Assembly (NCBI GenBank): GCA_951406725.2
Contig: OX597814.1
Coordinates: forward strand, 183,396,001 to 183,460,000
Direction: 5' to 3'
Source of the DNA: Octopus vulgaris
Lineage: Eukaryota
DNA: 64,000 bases
Positions 25,344 to 38,664 of this stretch are shown piece by piece. The notes beneath the pieces are model-generated. The model ran no database searches. It was not told the DNA's origin and saw nothing but the letters and a program-made list of their open reading frames with translations. The translations under genes were made by a program, and so were the position numbers. How positions within the stretch are numbered: position 1 is the first letter of the stretch; each line of letters begins with the position of its first letter.

Positions 25344-25798
25344 TAGCACCCAAAACCAATTGAGGACAGTCAATAGAAACATATCAAACGTCCTGGTGAA
25401 CATTCACGACGTATAAAAATAGTTGGTAATCATAGAATAACAATATTTGTAATTAATTTAAGCGTTTTAATTACGTGGAAGTCATAATAATATATCATAG
25501 AAGATTTCTAATTTAGTGGATTGAATGACTCATGAATAGAATGAATACATGACAGTCTTAATCATGCCAGAGACCTTTCTTTTAACAGCCAGTCTATGTC
25601 AGTGTACTCCCATTAGAAATTGCCATACAACACACTTCATTTACATAGTTTCGGTTATATTAAACATTTAATCCATTACACTATAATTATACATTTTATT
25701 ACAGGTACCTATCTGTTTTTTTCCATGTGCCAGGTCAGGAAGAATTTGAGCTAAAATTCATGTGGGACGAAACTATATACATTATATATGTACATGAA

Positions 25799-26029
25799 GG
25801 CGGCGAGCTGGCAGAAACGTTAGCACGCCAGGCGAAATTCGTAGCCGTATTTCGTCAGCCGTTACGTTCCGAGTTCAAATTCCGCCGAGGTCGACTTTGC
25901 CTTTCATCCTTTCGGGGTCGATAAATTAAGTACCAGTTACGCACTGGAGTCGATGTAATCGACTTTATCCCTTTGTCTGTCCTTGTTTGTCCTCTCTGTG
26001 TTTAGCCCCTTGTGGGTAGTAAAGAAATA
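25799..26029 (+). mobile_element. Full-length tRNA-derived SINE family B (Meta-domain-like)
   Basis: GGCGGCGAGCTGGCAGAAACG head, B box GAGTTCAAATTCC, and central GCCTTTCATCCTTTCGGGGTCGATAAATTAAGTACC resembling the MetaSINE domain. Confidence 0.9.
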
Positions 26030-26324
26030 TATATACATTATATCGTCTTTTTCTGCTAGCTTTCTTGCTTGCATATACCTTCTGGTATATTAGACGTGGC
26101 ATTTGTAGATGAATAATCTTAGAACATACTACAGAATTACTGAAAAACAAACATAACAGTTATTTTTATGCTATTGAAAAGTTTATGAGGATGGTATGAT
26201 TATATTAGTGTCTGTGGACGAAAGGAATTTAATAGAATGAGAAAAAAACATCGGAAAATAGGGTATGCACACACACACACACATACATACATACATACAT
26301 ACATACATACATACATACATACAT

Positions 26325-26364
<40 letters not shown>

Positions 26365-26448
26365 ATAGAGAGAGACTTAAAGAACTTCAAGCAGTTATAA
26401 ATGGACTTGAAATAAACATTCAATTAGTGATGTAATATAGCCATCAAC

Positions 26449-27020
26449 AACTTCCATTCCTCGACATCCTCATTAAGAAATCCAACAACAAAATAGAAGC
26501 AGATATATATTATAAGCCCAAGGACTCCAAGTAATAACCAATGTTCAACTCATGCCACCTCAGACACACTAGAATGAATATCCCCTTCAACCTAGCAAAA
26601 AGAATTTGTACTATAGTTTCTTAAGCAAACACCAGGGACACACGACCACATGAACTAAAGGATACACTCATTACCAGGGAATACCCATCATCACTAATTG
26701 ATATAGGCTTTTAACGTGCGCTACAACTTAACATCCACAAACTCAGGCGTCCCAAACTAAAGAAGGATTTACAACCAAAAGCCCAACTATACATATCCAT
26801 ACACAACTCCCCTTAACAATGAAGCATTCGACACCATCCTCCAGCACATTCCCCGCTAAAAAAGGGAAACACAGAATGAATTTAATCCTCCAAACGCAGA
26901 ACATCATAAAGAGCAAAAGACAACCTAAATCTATGAAAAGTCTCCTAAAACAAGCCCAAGTACACTCGAAAACAACACTGAAACCGTCAGTGAAAAAAAT
27001 GCGGAAGAATTAACTGTGGT
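26449..27020 (+). pseudogene. Penelope-like RT thumb/linker fragment
   Basis: QLPFLDILIKKSNNKIEADIYYKPKDSK**PMFNSCHLRHTRMNIPFNLAKRICTIVS, ending in KCGRINCG at the start of the Cys-rich linker. Contains in-frame stops. Confidence 0.88.
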
Positions 27021-27138
27021 ATATTAATTATTTCTCATGCTTTACTCTGAGTTGAAAAAGTCGCAAAGACTGAAACCAGTACTAAAACGTTCTTCGTGAT
27101 AAAAATATTTTAGTATTCTCTACCTTGTCTTATTTTCG

Positions 27139-27191
<53 letters not shown>

Positions 27192-27261
27192 TATATATCT
27201 GTCTATGAGAGTATGTATATAGCTATATGTATCTATCTCTTTCTCTCTCTCACTATATACA

Positions 27262-27335
27262 GTGGAGGCACATTGCCCAATGATTAGGGTGTTGCACTTA
27301 CGATCTATAGATCTAAGTTTTAGTATTCGGTGCAT
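27262..27335 (+). mobile_element. Degenerate tRNA-like SINE head (family C-like)
   Basis: GTGGAGGCACATTGCCCAATGATTAGGG resembles GTGGAGGCGCAATGGCCTAGTGGTTAGGG at 61031. Confidence 0.5.
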
Positions 27336-28105
27336 GGTTGAATTTTTTAATGAGCTATTCATTTTACTGTGAATCTTTTTTGCTAGTGTCAGTGTGACAA
27401 TTGCCTTATCACTTGTCTACGAGACACTCTGATTAATAGTACTTTGTAAACTACGGTTTGCTGGTCTTGTCGCTGCCGTAACTAGTCTCAGCAGTTTTCC
27501 TTCCCATTTTCCTCGTCCAGTCCTTCTAGTTCTTCAGGGCAATATACCCTGAAGGTTTTTTGTCACGGTGCCCTTAAGTAGGCACTGCTTCATTATAGCA
27601 ATGTAAGCCTTCGTAGTCATTGGGACTTGAAAATCGATTCTGACTCTCGCTGACCATATGTAGTTTTTCGTCAACCTTCATTTAACCATCTACACAGTTT
27701 GTATCGCAAAACTGACAAGCCATAGATATCGCTATTTCTAATGTTTTGGGCGCAAATATATTTAACAATTTCTGTCTGTGTTCGACTAGGTATTCGTATT
27801 TGAAGGCGCAGCAGGTGGCACGACAAACTTTTCTGCTTTCGATTGAGAGAATTATGTATTTGGTATTTTCTCGTAACACTGAAGTGTTATATCCCATTCA
27901 TAACTAATTAACGGAGACGGGATATAGTAGCTTAAGTGCTTTTACTAAAGTACAACAAAGTCATTAGGCTGTTTCTGTATCCATTTGCCAGATGTGACAC
28001 ATGCAACGACGATATCCAAATGCATTTGTCTTCAGACTGTAGTCTTAAGAATCATTCATTCAGTTATCGATAGATTGAATTGAGTTGTGAATTAGAAGCC
28101 ACAGC

Positions 28106-28106
<1 letters not shown>

Positions 28107-28178
<72 letters not shown>

Positions 28179-28387
28179 TGATGATGATGATGATGATGAT
28201 AATAATGATGATGATGATAATAATAATGATAATAATAATGATAATAATGATGATGATGATAATAATAATGATAATAATAATAATAATAATAATGATCATA
28301 ATAATAATGATCATAATAATAATAATAATGATGATGACGATAATAATAATAATAATAATCATAATAATAATGATAATAATAATAATG

Positions 28388-28445
<58 letters not shown>

Positions 28446-28465
28446 TAATAATAATAATAATAATG

Positions 28466-28517
<52 letters not shown>

Positions 28518-28765
28518 TGATGATAATAATAACAATAATAATGATGATGATGATAATAATGATGATGATGATGATAATAATGATGATGATGATAATAATG
28601 ATGATGATGGTAATAATGATGATGATAATAATGATGATGATGATAATAATAATGATGATAGTAATAATGATGAGGATAATAATAATGATGATGATAGTAA
28701 TAATGATGATGATAGTAATAATGATGAGGATAATAATAATGATGATGATAGTAATAATGATGAGG

Positions 28766-28799
<34 letters not shown>

Positions 28800-28909
28800 T
28801 GATGATGATAATAATGATGATGATGATGATGATGATGATAATAATAATGATGATGATGATAATAATAATGATAATAATAATGATAATAATTATGATGATA
28901 ATAATAATG

Positions 28910-28970
<61 letters not shown>

Positions 28971-30121
28971 TGATGATGATAATAATGATGATAATGATGA
29001 TGATAATAATGATGATGATGATAATAATGATGATGATGATAATAATGATAATGATGATAATAATGATGATGATGATAATAATAATGATAATAATAATGAT
29101 AATAATGATAATAATAATAATGATGATGATAATAATAATGATAATAATGCCCTGATGCTGTACCAGGCAGTGGCTCTCATGGCTTCTGATCTTAACTGAT
29201 TGGAAGTGTTATCATGTACATTGTTTTGTCTTGGTATAAAAGATGGGCTACAGCAAATATTCTGCTCAATACCACAGATTTGCTTGTCAGTTGTTTGACC
29301 TTAACCAGTTGAGCACGTCCCTTAGTGGCTGACGATATGTGCATCTCTGATCACGAGCAGAAGTAGTGGGGGAGCATCATAGCCATGTGTTGAGAGGGAT
29401 TCTTTGGGGTTTGAATAATTCACCTCTGGAAACATGGGTGGTTCTTTCAACATCCTTAAACAACCCTTATTCAGGGACCTTTTGAGCAGGATGGGCTACT
29501 CAACGTGAAGAAAATTCTAACTGGGCCCCACCTGCAAGGTCATGTGCTGTTTATCTTGATATGAGATCACCATGTCGCGCACATATGGTTGTGATGCATG
29601 TGCCTGGTGTACCCTTATCAGACGGGTAGTCATGATGGGTATATTGGGCTTCGTATATTTTACCCGAGTGTCACTTTGATGGCATGAACTGCTCTCTCAC
29701 TCAATAATAATAATAATAATGATAACAATAATAATAATAATGATGATGACGGTAATAATAATAATAATAATAATAATGATGATAATAATAATAGTAATAA
29801 TAATAATAATGATGATAATAGTGATGATAATAATAATGATAATAATAATAATAATGATGATAATAATAATGATAATAATAATAATAATGATGATAATAGT
29901 GATGATGATGATAATAATGATGATGATGATGATAATAATGATGATGATGATGATAATAATGATGATGATGATGATAATAATGATGATGATGATAATAATG
30001 ATGATGATGATAATAATGATGATGATGATGATAATAATGATGATGATGATAATAATGATGATGATAGTAATTATGATGATGATAGTAATAATGATGATGA
30101 TAATAATAATGATAATGATAC

Positions 30122-30196
<75 letters not shown>

Positions 30197-30222
30197 TGAT
30201 AATAGTGATGATAATAATAATG

Positions 30223-30253
<31 letters not shown>

Positions 30254-30515
30254 TGATGATGATGATAATAATGATGATGATGATAATAATGATGATGATG
30301 ATAATAATGATGATGATGATAATAATGATGATGATAATGATGATGATGATAATAATGATGATGATGATAATAATGATGATGATAGTAATAATGATGATGA
30401 TAGTAATAATGATGATGATAATAATAATGATAATAATGATAATAATAATGATAATAATAATGACGATGATGATGATGGTGGATGATGATGATGATAACGA
30501 TGACGACGATGATGG
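28107..30515. repeat. Very long (AAT)/(GAT) trinucleotide array, interrupted at 29149-29702
   Basis: Direct reading. Source of the poly-I/M ORFs. Confidence 0.97.
29149..29702. mobile_element. 554-bp non-coding insert inside the (AAT)n array
   Basis: Complex sequence with sharp junctions AATAAT|GCCCTGATG and CTCTCACTC|AATAATAAT. No long ORF and no TIR. Confidence 0.6.
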
Positions 30516-31009
30516 TTAATGAATGGAGGAACGTTCCCGGATGTTCATTATATTTCAAGTAAAATATAAAAAATAAAGCGAAAGAAAATACTCAAACTGA
30601 GACCAATTGCTATGTGAAAAGATTTGCGAAAAGAAAATGGGGCTTAATTTTAAGTAAAACCTATGAGTGTAGCCGAAAAGTTTTATTGAAAATAAAAGGT
30701 TTTAAATGCTCATCACATTTTTCGTAAAATTAAAATGAAGCTGATTAAAAAAAGGGAAATCATGCTTTCGAATTTACATGCATTCTACTTCTCAATGTTG
30801 CGTTTTCCTCAGTTAACACAAGTTAACTGCTGTTAATATATGGAAATAGACATGTCAGAATATTCAGTGACAGATGTGCTGAAAATACATTAAAAAGAAA
30901 CGGAAAAAAAAAAAAAAAACATGTAAGTCCATTTTCTGCCACTCAAATTCTTTAACTTATTTTGATCCTCATTATGGTGTAGATCTTCACGAAACATGCA
31001 GATTGATGG

Positions 31010-31990
31010 CAATGATGATGATGATGGTGGTGGTGGTGGTGGTGATGATGATGTGATGAAGAAGGAGGAGGAGGGAAGAAGGAGAAGGGGATGAAGAAGA
31101 ATAATAAAGAAAAAAGGAGAGGAAGAAAAGGAAGAAGGAGAAGTAGGGAAGAAGAAGAAATAGAAGTAGAAGAAGTAGAAGAAGACGAAGAAGAAGTAGA
31201 AGAAGTAGAAGACGAAGGAGAAGACGAAGAAGAAGACGACGAAGAAGACGAAGACGAAAAATACGAAGAAGACGAAGAAGAAGAATACGAAGAAGAAGAA
31301 GACGAAGAAGAAGAAGACGAGGTAGAAGGTGGAGAAGAAGAAGAAGAAGAAGAAGAAGAAGAAGAAAGAAAAAAGAAGGAGGAGAGGAAGAAAAGGAAGA
31401 AGGAGAAGTAGGGAAAGAAGAAGAAGTAGTAGAAGAAGAAGTAGTAGAAGAAGACGGAGAAGACGACGAAGAAGACGAAGGAGAAGTAGTAGAAGAAGAA
31501 GAATAAGACGACGAAGAAGACGAAGACGAAGAAGACGAAGAAGAAGAATACGAAGAAGAAGAATACGAAGAAGAAGAAGTAGAAGAAGTAGTAGTAGAAG
31601 AAGTAGAAGAAGACGAAGAAGACGACGAAGAAGACGAAGGAGAAGAAGAAGAAGGAGAAGAAGAAGAAGAAGAAGAAGAAGAAGAAGAAGAAGAAGAAGA
31701 AGAAGAAGAAGAAGACGACGAAGAAGACGAAGAATACGAGAAAAGACGAAGAAGAAGAAGAAGAAGAAGAAGAAGAAGAAGAAGACGAAGTAGAAGGTGG
31801 AGAAGGAGAAGAAGAAGAAGAAGAAGAAGGAGAAGAATGCTGTTGATGATAAGGAATGAGAACTACAACGATGAAAATGACAATGAATAGGATCATGAAT
31901 ATGATTATAAAAATGATGTGATGCTACAGATGATGAGGATGATAACGATGACGACACCGACAATAATGATGATTAAGTCGATCATAATGA
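31010..31990. repeat. (GAA)-rich polypurine tract flanked by GAT/GGT repeats
   Basis: GAA/GAC/GTA triplets at about 31057-31835, with internally duplicated blocks (GGAGAGGAAGAAAAGGAAGAAGGAGAAGTAGGGAA at about 31116 and 31381). Confidence 0.95.
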
Positions 31991-32721
31991 CATGATGATG
32001 AATCTTGAATTATACCAGACATTTAAAGTGTTTGCTTAGTTTGGTAATATGAATAATTTGCATACCTATCCATTCATAAATTTATTTTCAGATATTAAAG
32101 TTTAAGATTTTACAGGGTTAATGTTAGACAAGCTGAAGGGAGCAGGCAAGGGACCTGGCGAAAATGAAAAGAGTGAAAGGGGGCTAGCGAAAGTGAAAGG
32201 AGATTGGAGAGATTTCTTTTGGTTAGAATGAACATACGGTTAGAATGGATATTCAGTTGGATTCTCTCTGTATTCTAGTTTCGGACAAGTGGTTATGGGG
32301 TCTCTCAGTTGTTTAGGAAGTTCTAGTCAGTGATTGAAAGGTTTTCTTGGAAGTCGTTCCTAGAAGTTAAGAAAAAATAATTTTTCGTCCTTTATACTAC
32401 TGGTCTGGTAGTTGATCTACAATGCCAGGAAAAGAAGGTGGTGTGGAATATAAAATAAAGAGATGTTCAAAAGCTCCTTTCTTCGTAATGTTGCAGGTTA
32501 CCTAAATCTTCCTGCGAATTATCTTAATGCAGTTCCAAATAATTTTCATCCGTGAGAGCACGAAGAAAAAATGTCATATTCTGAATGCGCTTTTAAAATA
32601 AGAAATGAACAGCGTTTGTCTTCAGAATATAAAAGTATCAGAGTTATATTTAAAATTACTTTTAATTATTTATATATACTAGCACTATAGTATCAAGTAA
32701 AACAGGTCAAGAAGCTCATCA

Positions 32722-33246
32722 TTTCGAGTCTGCTTCGAGTATAATCCACACTTTTTTCCCGAAATCTAAAGGTCAAAATCCCTAGTGCGTACTATATACG
32801 AGATTAAAAAGGAAAAATATTTTCTAAGTAATGTCCGAGTCTCTATTTGCTGTCTGGCAATGTTTATTCAGACGCATTTTGTGATGTCGGGCGCGAAAAT
32901 ACCTTAAGCTAAGCATGAAAGCAATGAAGTCATAAAAGAATTATCCATAACTTGCAGTAAGCAACATTTATTAAAATAAAAGTATTCAGAACACAGAATA
33001 ACATGTAACAAAAACAACTTGCAAACATATTTACATTCCCATATAACAGTTAAGAACATCACCATTATTGTATTACGCATGCTCGGAAGGGTTTGTTCGA
33101 CTAGGTGTTGGTGGCTTAATTACGCACGACTCAAGTTAGAGAAGGGGTACTTATAATACACAAGGTTTAGGTTTTTCAGAGGTACAGCCCCCTAAAAATC
33201 CCCTGAGTATTATACTCAAGGGCGGACTATACTCGAGGATTTACGG
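32722..33246. mobile_element. Non-autonomous Tc2/pogo-like DNA transposon (CCGTA-type TIR)
   Basis: Right end GGCGGACTATACTCGAGGATTTACGG|TA. A decayed left counterpart reads AGTCTGCTTCGAGTATAATCC, and internal TATA(N)TCGAG-type repeats are present. Confidence 0.6.
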
Positions 33247-33892
33247 TATTTATCATGACTGGAATTTGTGTATAAGCTAGCTCAGCAAGCTGTTTAAATT
33301 CACACAGTGAAAGTGTATAAGTATGACGAGTTACACCTAAGTACGTTTCGAAAATGTATTCGGAAAAATTTAAAGAAATCGTGTAGTAGTACTGGCTGAA
33401 ATATTGGATTTGGACTAACCTGTTCCAGACAGACTGGCAATTTAAAGTTCGTTCCTAAAGTTTGAGGTTGACAATAGAATAATATCTTCGGAAATCAGTG
33501 TATCTGCCACATTGATATTCCAAACTAATAGTATTGGAAAGGCGATTTGCTGCTGAAAATAAACTTTCAGCCTCTATTCATTAATTACAAACGACAATCC
33601 TTAAACCTGAAGAAGCTATTAAAGTAGATTACACATATTAAACTATATGAACTGAAAACTTTGAAGCAGAAGTAATTACTTTGAAATCTACCACAAAGGA
33701 AAAACGTAGATTGTGCATGTGAAGAGTGATTGGATAACTCGCTTATTTTAGCTTTCCTGTTATAAAGTTGAGAATAAGAAGGGCACTTGAGAACTACGAG
33801 GAAGATAAGATTTGGATAGCGTCAACATGTCCAAAGTCATTTGTAATTCTTATTCCACAACTGCTCCTTTAAAATGCAAGAAAAAAAAAGAT

Positions 33893-33926
<34 letters not shown>

Positions 33927-33939
33927 GTATATATATGTA

Positions 33940-34323
33940 TCTCTCTATATATAAACGGCAGTTTGTCTGTGCGTGTTTCTGTGTGTCTGTTTGCTTGTAC
34001 CCTCACCCTGACCACGGCTTTCAACCGATTCTGATGAAACTTGACACACACATAGCCCAATGTCATAATTCAAAACCAACGCAGTCAAAATTTTGAAAAG
34101 TTCCCCCAGTTCTGAAAAAAATCGATAAATTCGACATGGGGTCGAGAATCAGAAACACGAACCACAAACTGTCTAGGGGACGCAACTCCATCCTTTTTTA
34201 ACTCTCAAAAAAATTTACCATCATATTTTTCCATTTTTTTTCTATTTTTTGGCTATAACTCTCTAAAAATGCTTTATAGTTATTTCCCTTACAAACCTGA
34301 GCAACGCCGGGCGATACTGCTAG
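33940..34323 (+). mobile_element. Non-autonomous Helitron
   Basis: A|TCTCTCTATATATAAA 5' end, subterminal hairpin CCTGAGCAACGCCGGG, 3' CTAG|T, no TSD. Confidence 0.85.
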
Positions 34324-34343
34324 TATATATATATATGTATATA

Positions 34344-34446
<103 letters not shown>

Positions 34447-34449
34447 ATA

Positions 34450-34494
<45 letters not shown>

Positions 34495-34529
34495 ATATAT
34501 TTATATATATATATATATATATGTATGTA

Positions 34530-34582
<53 letters not shown>

Positions 34583-34599
34583 CATACATATATATGTAT

Positions 34600-34638
<39 letters not shown>

Positions 34639-34639
34639 A

Positions 34640-35460
34640 AGGAGTTTGTATGATTGTGTATAGAGGGATATATATTATTCAAAGGAATTCCAACTCTGTC
34701 TGTGTTTATGTTTTATTTATATTCTTATCTTATAATATTAATGTAGGATATAGAATATATAGTATATATAGTAAAATGAAATGAAGTATAGATTGTCTTA
34801 CTGAATAGATGAAATATTGAATATCAAATATTACGGGACTAGTATAATTTCTCGCATTAAAGCAGTGTTCAATGTCCCAGGTTGTGGCAGGAGTGTCTCA
34901 ACTGTGGTTGACTGGCTGTCTTTTGTCCTTTATATACCTTCCTGCGGACTGTAGTAGTAGTTGTTTAACTATTTTTAGAGACGATGCCAAACCATTTTTC
35001 AATGTTTATTTTTAGAAATGATGACAGCAGTGCATTTTAGAGAGTTTTTGTATTTTAGTTATAGGGATAATATTTTTAAACCCCAAATAAGATTAATTTA
35101 ATCATTGTTTGTTAAGCTTGGGTCTGAATTTCTTAAAAAAGTCCTTTTCTTTCATTTTTCTCTCAGCTTCATTCAGGTTGTAAAGTTTATGAAATGGGAA
35201 TATCATAACAGTTTTCCGACCACATGTTACCAGATGGTTACTCAGTGGTATTTGGCGAACTTCTGGATTTTTAATTTCTTGCCGATGCACACGCGAGCTT
35301 TCTGATAGTGCAATACCTGTCTGGCCAACATACAGTTCTTCACAATTTAGGCATTTGAGGCAGTGGATTAAATTTCTGCCTTTGCAGTTCATGTTCGTTC
35401 GCGTTTGTAAATATATTCCCTGTTTTTGTGTTCATATATATAATTGCAACTAGCTGCTCT
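34640..35460 (-). mobile_element. 3' end of a Penelope-like element (GIY-YIG plus downstream pLTR region)
   Basis: GIY-YIG ORF followed by about 460 bp of non-coding sequence with a minus-strand TATATAAA near 34930, ending in (TA)n. The terminus is repeated at 9632-9800. Confidence 0.8.
35102..35392 (-). pseudogene. Penelope-like GIY-YIG endonuclease domain (truncated)
   Basis: NLIHCLKCLNCEELYVGQTG...RVHRQEI...PLSNHL...RKMKEKDFFKKFRPKLN: the PLE GIY-YIG pattern with CxxC insert, YVG, RxH, a conserved E and terminal LN. Confidence 0.9.
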
Positions 35461-35641
35461 GATATTACTCACTGGATGTTGCTTTTACCCTCTGCTCCAC
35501 TGTGAAAGAGTCACTGGACGGCCATTTTATACATATATACATACATACGTGTATATATACATACACACATATATATATTATAAATTTATATGCAATATAT
35601 ATATGATATAAATACACATACAAACATGCATACACACATAC

Positions 35642-35688
<47 letters not shown>

Positions 35689-35748
35689 GGGGGTGTAGGT
35701 ATGTATGTAGGCATGTATGTACGTATGTATGAATGTATATATATATAT

Positions 35749-35797
<49 letters not shown>

Positions 35798-36715
35798 CAT
35801 ATATATATATACATACATAATATATATATATATATACATATGTATATAGTTAAAAAAAGAGTTAACATATGGTTAACTGTTAATTTGTTTGGAACAATCT
35901 TGAAACAATATTTCATTATATATTTTAACTCTAAAAGCAACTTTGAACTTCTTTTCCTATGCTTGAAATCTGATTCACGTTATGCAAACATCTCATCATC
36001 GCTCCTTCATATCTTAGTTGAATCAAATCCCTGTGCAAGTGCTCTAGTCGTTGGCCGGTTATAAACAACGGTATCGAGTTTTATTTTCTCTGAACTTATC
36101 TCTGAAGAAATACATACATACGTGCGCGCGCGCATTATCATATCTGGGACATTTATGCAATGGACTTACGCACAGACAAATATATTTCCACAAGTTTATG
36201 TGTATATATATGTATACAGAGGTTTACATATGCAAACACAACTACTTTTGTTTTTATCTCTTTGGATACATACATGCATACATACAATCATGTATGCAAA
36301 ATTCACATACACACTAGTACACATGTATGCATATTTATAAATGTATGACTGTAGATTTTGACAGACGCATGAGAGAATGATAATGGAAAGCTCAACACAC
36401 GTTGTAGGGAATGTATTTCTCGTTATTTAATCTTAATCTGAAAGTTTGTTTTGCGACTCTAGTTTTATGCTACAGCGATCTTCAAGCGAGAACTGCTTGA
36501 ACTCGCTTTTATTGATTTCTATGTGACGCTTAACGTGCTTCTGGTCTACAGATTCTGTTCCTTTTTTCTTTTAATTTCCACATATAATTGACTCTACGGA
36601 TTTTTCCTGGTTTCTTTATTGGTTAATTATGTTATTAACTTATTTGGGATTTGTTGTTGAGCTGATGATGTTATTTTCTTGTGAGTGTGAATATATATAT
36701 ATATTTTATTTTATT

Positions 36716-36934
36716 CTTTTACTTGTTACCGTCATTTGACTGCGGCTTTGCTGGAGCACCGCTTTTGGTCGAAGAAATCGATCCCAGGACGTATTCTTTG
36801 AAAACCTAGTACTTATTCTATAGGTCACATTTTGCTGCACCGCTAAGTTCCGGGGACGTAAACACACCAACATCGGCTATCAAGTGGTAATGGGGACAAA
36901 CGCAGACACACAAACACACACACACACAGATACA

Positions 36935-36991
<57 letters not shown>

Positions 36992-38664
36992 CACGATGGG
37001 CTTTTTTCAGTTTTCGTTTACCAAATCCTCTCATAAGGCGTTTGTTGGCCAGAAGCTATAGTAAAAGACACTTACCGAATGTGTCACGCAGTGGCACTAA
37101 ACTCGGAACCATGTGGTTGTGAAGTAAGCTTCTTTATTTCATTATATTGGCAATAAAGGCCTTACATAGAGAAAGGAAGCTGCAGGCCGGACAATCCTCC
37201 GTCTTCATCCACGCCTCATTCAAGCACAAAGCGAGTGCCGTGTCGGCGTCGCCCGGCCACAAGCGATGATCCTCATTAAGTCCCTTCAGCCTACGCAACA
37301 TGGGCAACGTTATGACGCCCACAGCTATCTGCGGAGGCCATTCGGGACCCCGTGTGCAGACTAAAGGTACTCTCTTATGGTGCTTTTCCAACACCTTCTC
37401 CACCTCTCCGCCTATGTAGAAGAAGACCAATAATTCGTCTTCCTCCGGGGACGAGGTAGTCACTTCTATCGTCGGCGGCACAAGTCGCACCGACGGTGTC
37501 ACTTCCCCTGCCGGTGGCAAAACCTCCACCGACGAGGTTCCGGGACATTTCGGTACTATGTCACCGACTACCGGCAATGTCCCGTTTCTCTTCCTCGTTT
37601 TTCTTCTCAACTGAGGGCGGGTGCGTCTGCACCGTGACCGGGAGATTCGCCTTAGGATCCTTCGGTGAGCACCCATTGTTGCTCACCTTCTTCCCCTTGC
37701 GGCCCTTCTTTGAGGAGTCCTCCGCCTTTCGGCCGCCTTCGTCCCCTCTTCTACAGAGGTATCAACCAACTGCTCCAGGACCTTACTTTGTTCCTGTGGA
37801 CAGTTTTTCTTTATATGGGCAGGCTCCAGGTACGGATGACACCTGGGGGGGGGGGCCCTCAAGAATCACAGGGTACCTTCACCCGGCCATTTAAAAAAAA
37901 TCTGGAAATATCAGATTTTTGGCGGATAGTGTCCACAGGGTCCAAACCGCTTTTGACTCCACCCAATCAGCCGCAGGCAACATCTTAACATTGAGGAGCT
38001 TGGCTCCGTTGCCACCCAGACCCCGGCAGATAGTGTCCTCTATCCACTCGGGCTCTATTCCGGGTGGAAAATCACAGACCCAAGCCCACGTCAACTTCCT
38101 CCCACAATACGTGGGAAGAAACAAAATCTCTCTGCTCTCCAAGTTTTAAAAAAAAACATAACTAGCAAAATCTCTTCTGGACACTCGGTAATCCAGGCCT
38201 ATTTGGTAATTCAGCTTGAACCCGGAACGTCACAACCTGGAACACAGCCTCCACAAAAATTGGCAAAATAAATTTGTTGTATCTTCGATGAATTCTCACT
38301 ATTTTTCGAAAAGACTATTCACTAAAAGTGAACAAATGTTTGGAGGCGAGATACGCCCCTAAAACAACAATTCTCACAATTAAGTGAGAAAAACTATTCA
38401 CTCAACTGCAGGCAGACCAGAGTCCAGAATCCAGTGAAGACTTCTTGTACAAGAATAATTACGGCAAACAACAAGCCCCAACTGGACCCCCCAAAACGAA
38501 AGTTTTACCTTACAGTTGAGCTTCTTTTACAATCAATTTTAGCCCGCTGCAAACCAGCGTGACGACTTCTATTCTGTGGTACGATCAACACTGACAACAC
38601 GCATGCTCGGGAAGTAAGCTTCTTACCGCACAGCCACGCCTTCATCTATAGCCAAGCCTGCGCC
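36716..38664 (-). mobile_element. SINE family A split by a 1476-bp insertion
   Basis: Body and B box at 36716-37134, A-box head at 38611-38664. GAAGTAAGCTTCTT is duplicated at both junctions. Confidence 0.88.
37135..38610 (-). mobile_element. ORF1-only Tx1/L1-like non-LTR retroelement (HAL1-like)
   Basis: 14-bp TSD at 37121-37134 and 38611-38624. A 5'UTR of a few hundred bp precedes a frameshifted ORF1 with an RRM-like region and a decayed CCHC knuckle (ILEG-PPPRCHPYLEPAHIKKNCP). The element ends at the ORF stop and AATAAA, with no EN or RT. Confidence 0.75.

Noticed and set aside
28060-30558. Long poly-Ile/Met/His/Tyr ORFs
   Set aside because: They are translations of the (AAT/GAT)n array and have no coding signature.
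30890-31963. Long Arg/Glu/Ser/Phe/Leu-rich ORFs
   Set aside because: They are translations of the GAA tract, open in several frames and on both strands.
37134-38142. Host protein-coding exons
   Set aside because: The ORFs lie within a TSD-bounded insertion in a SINE and are frameshifted, so a retroelement ORF1 explains them better.
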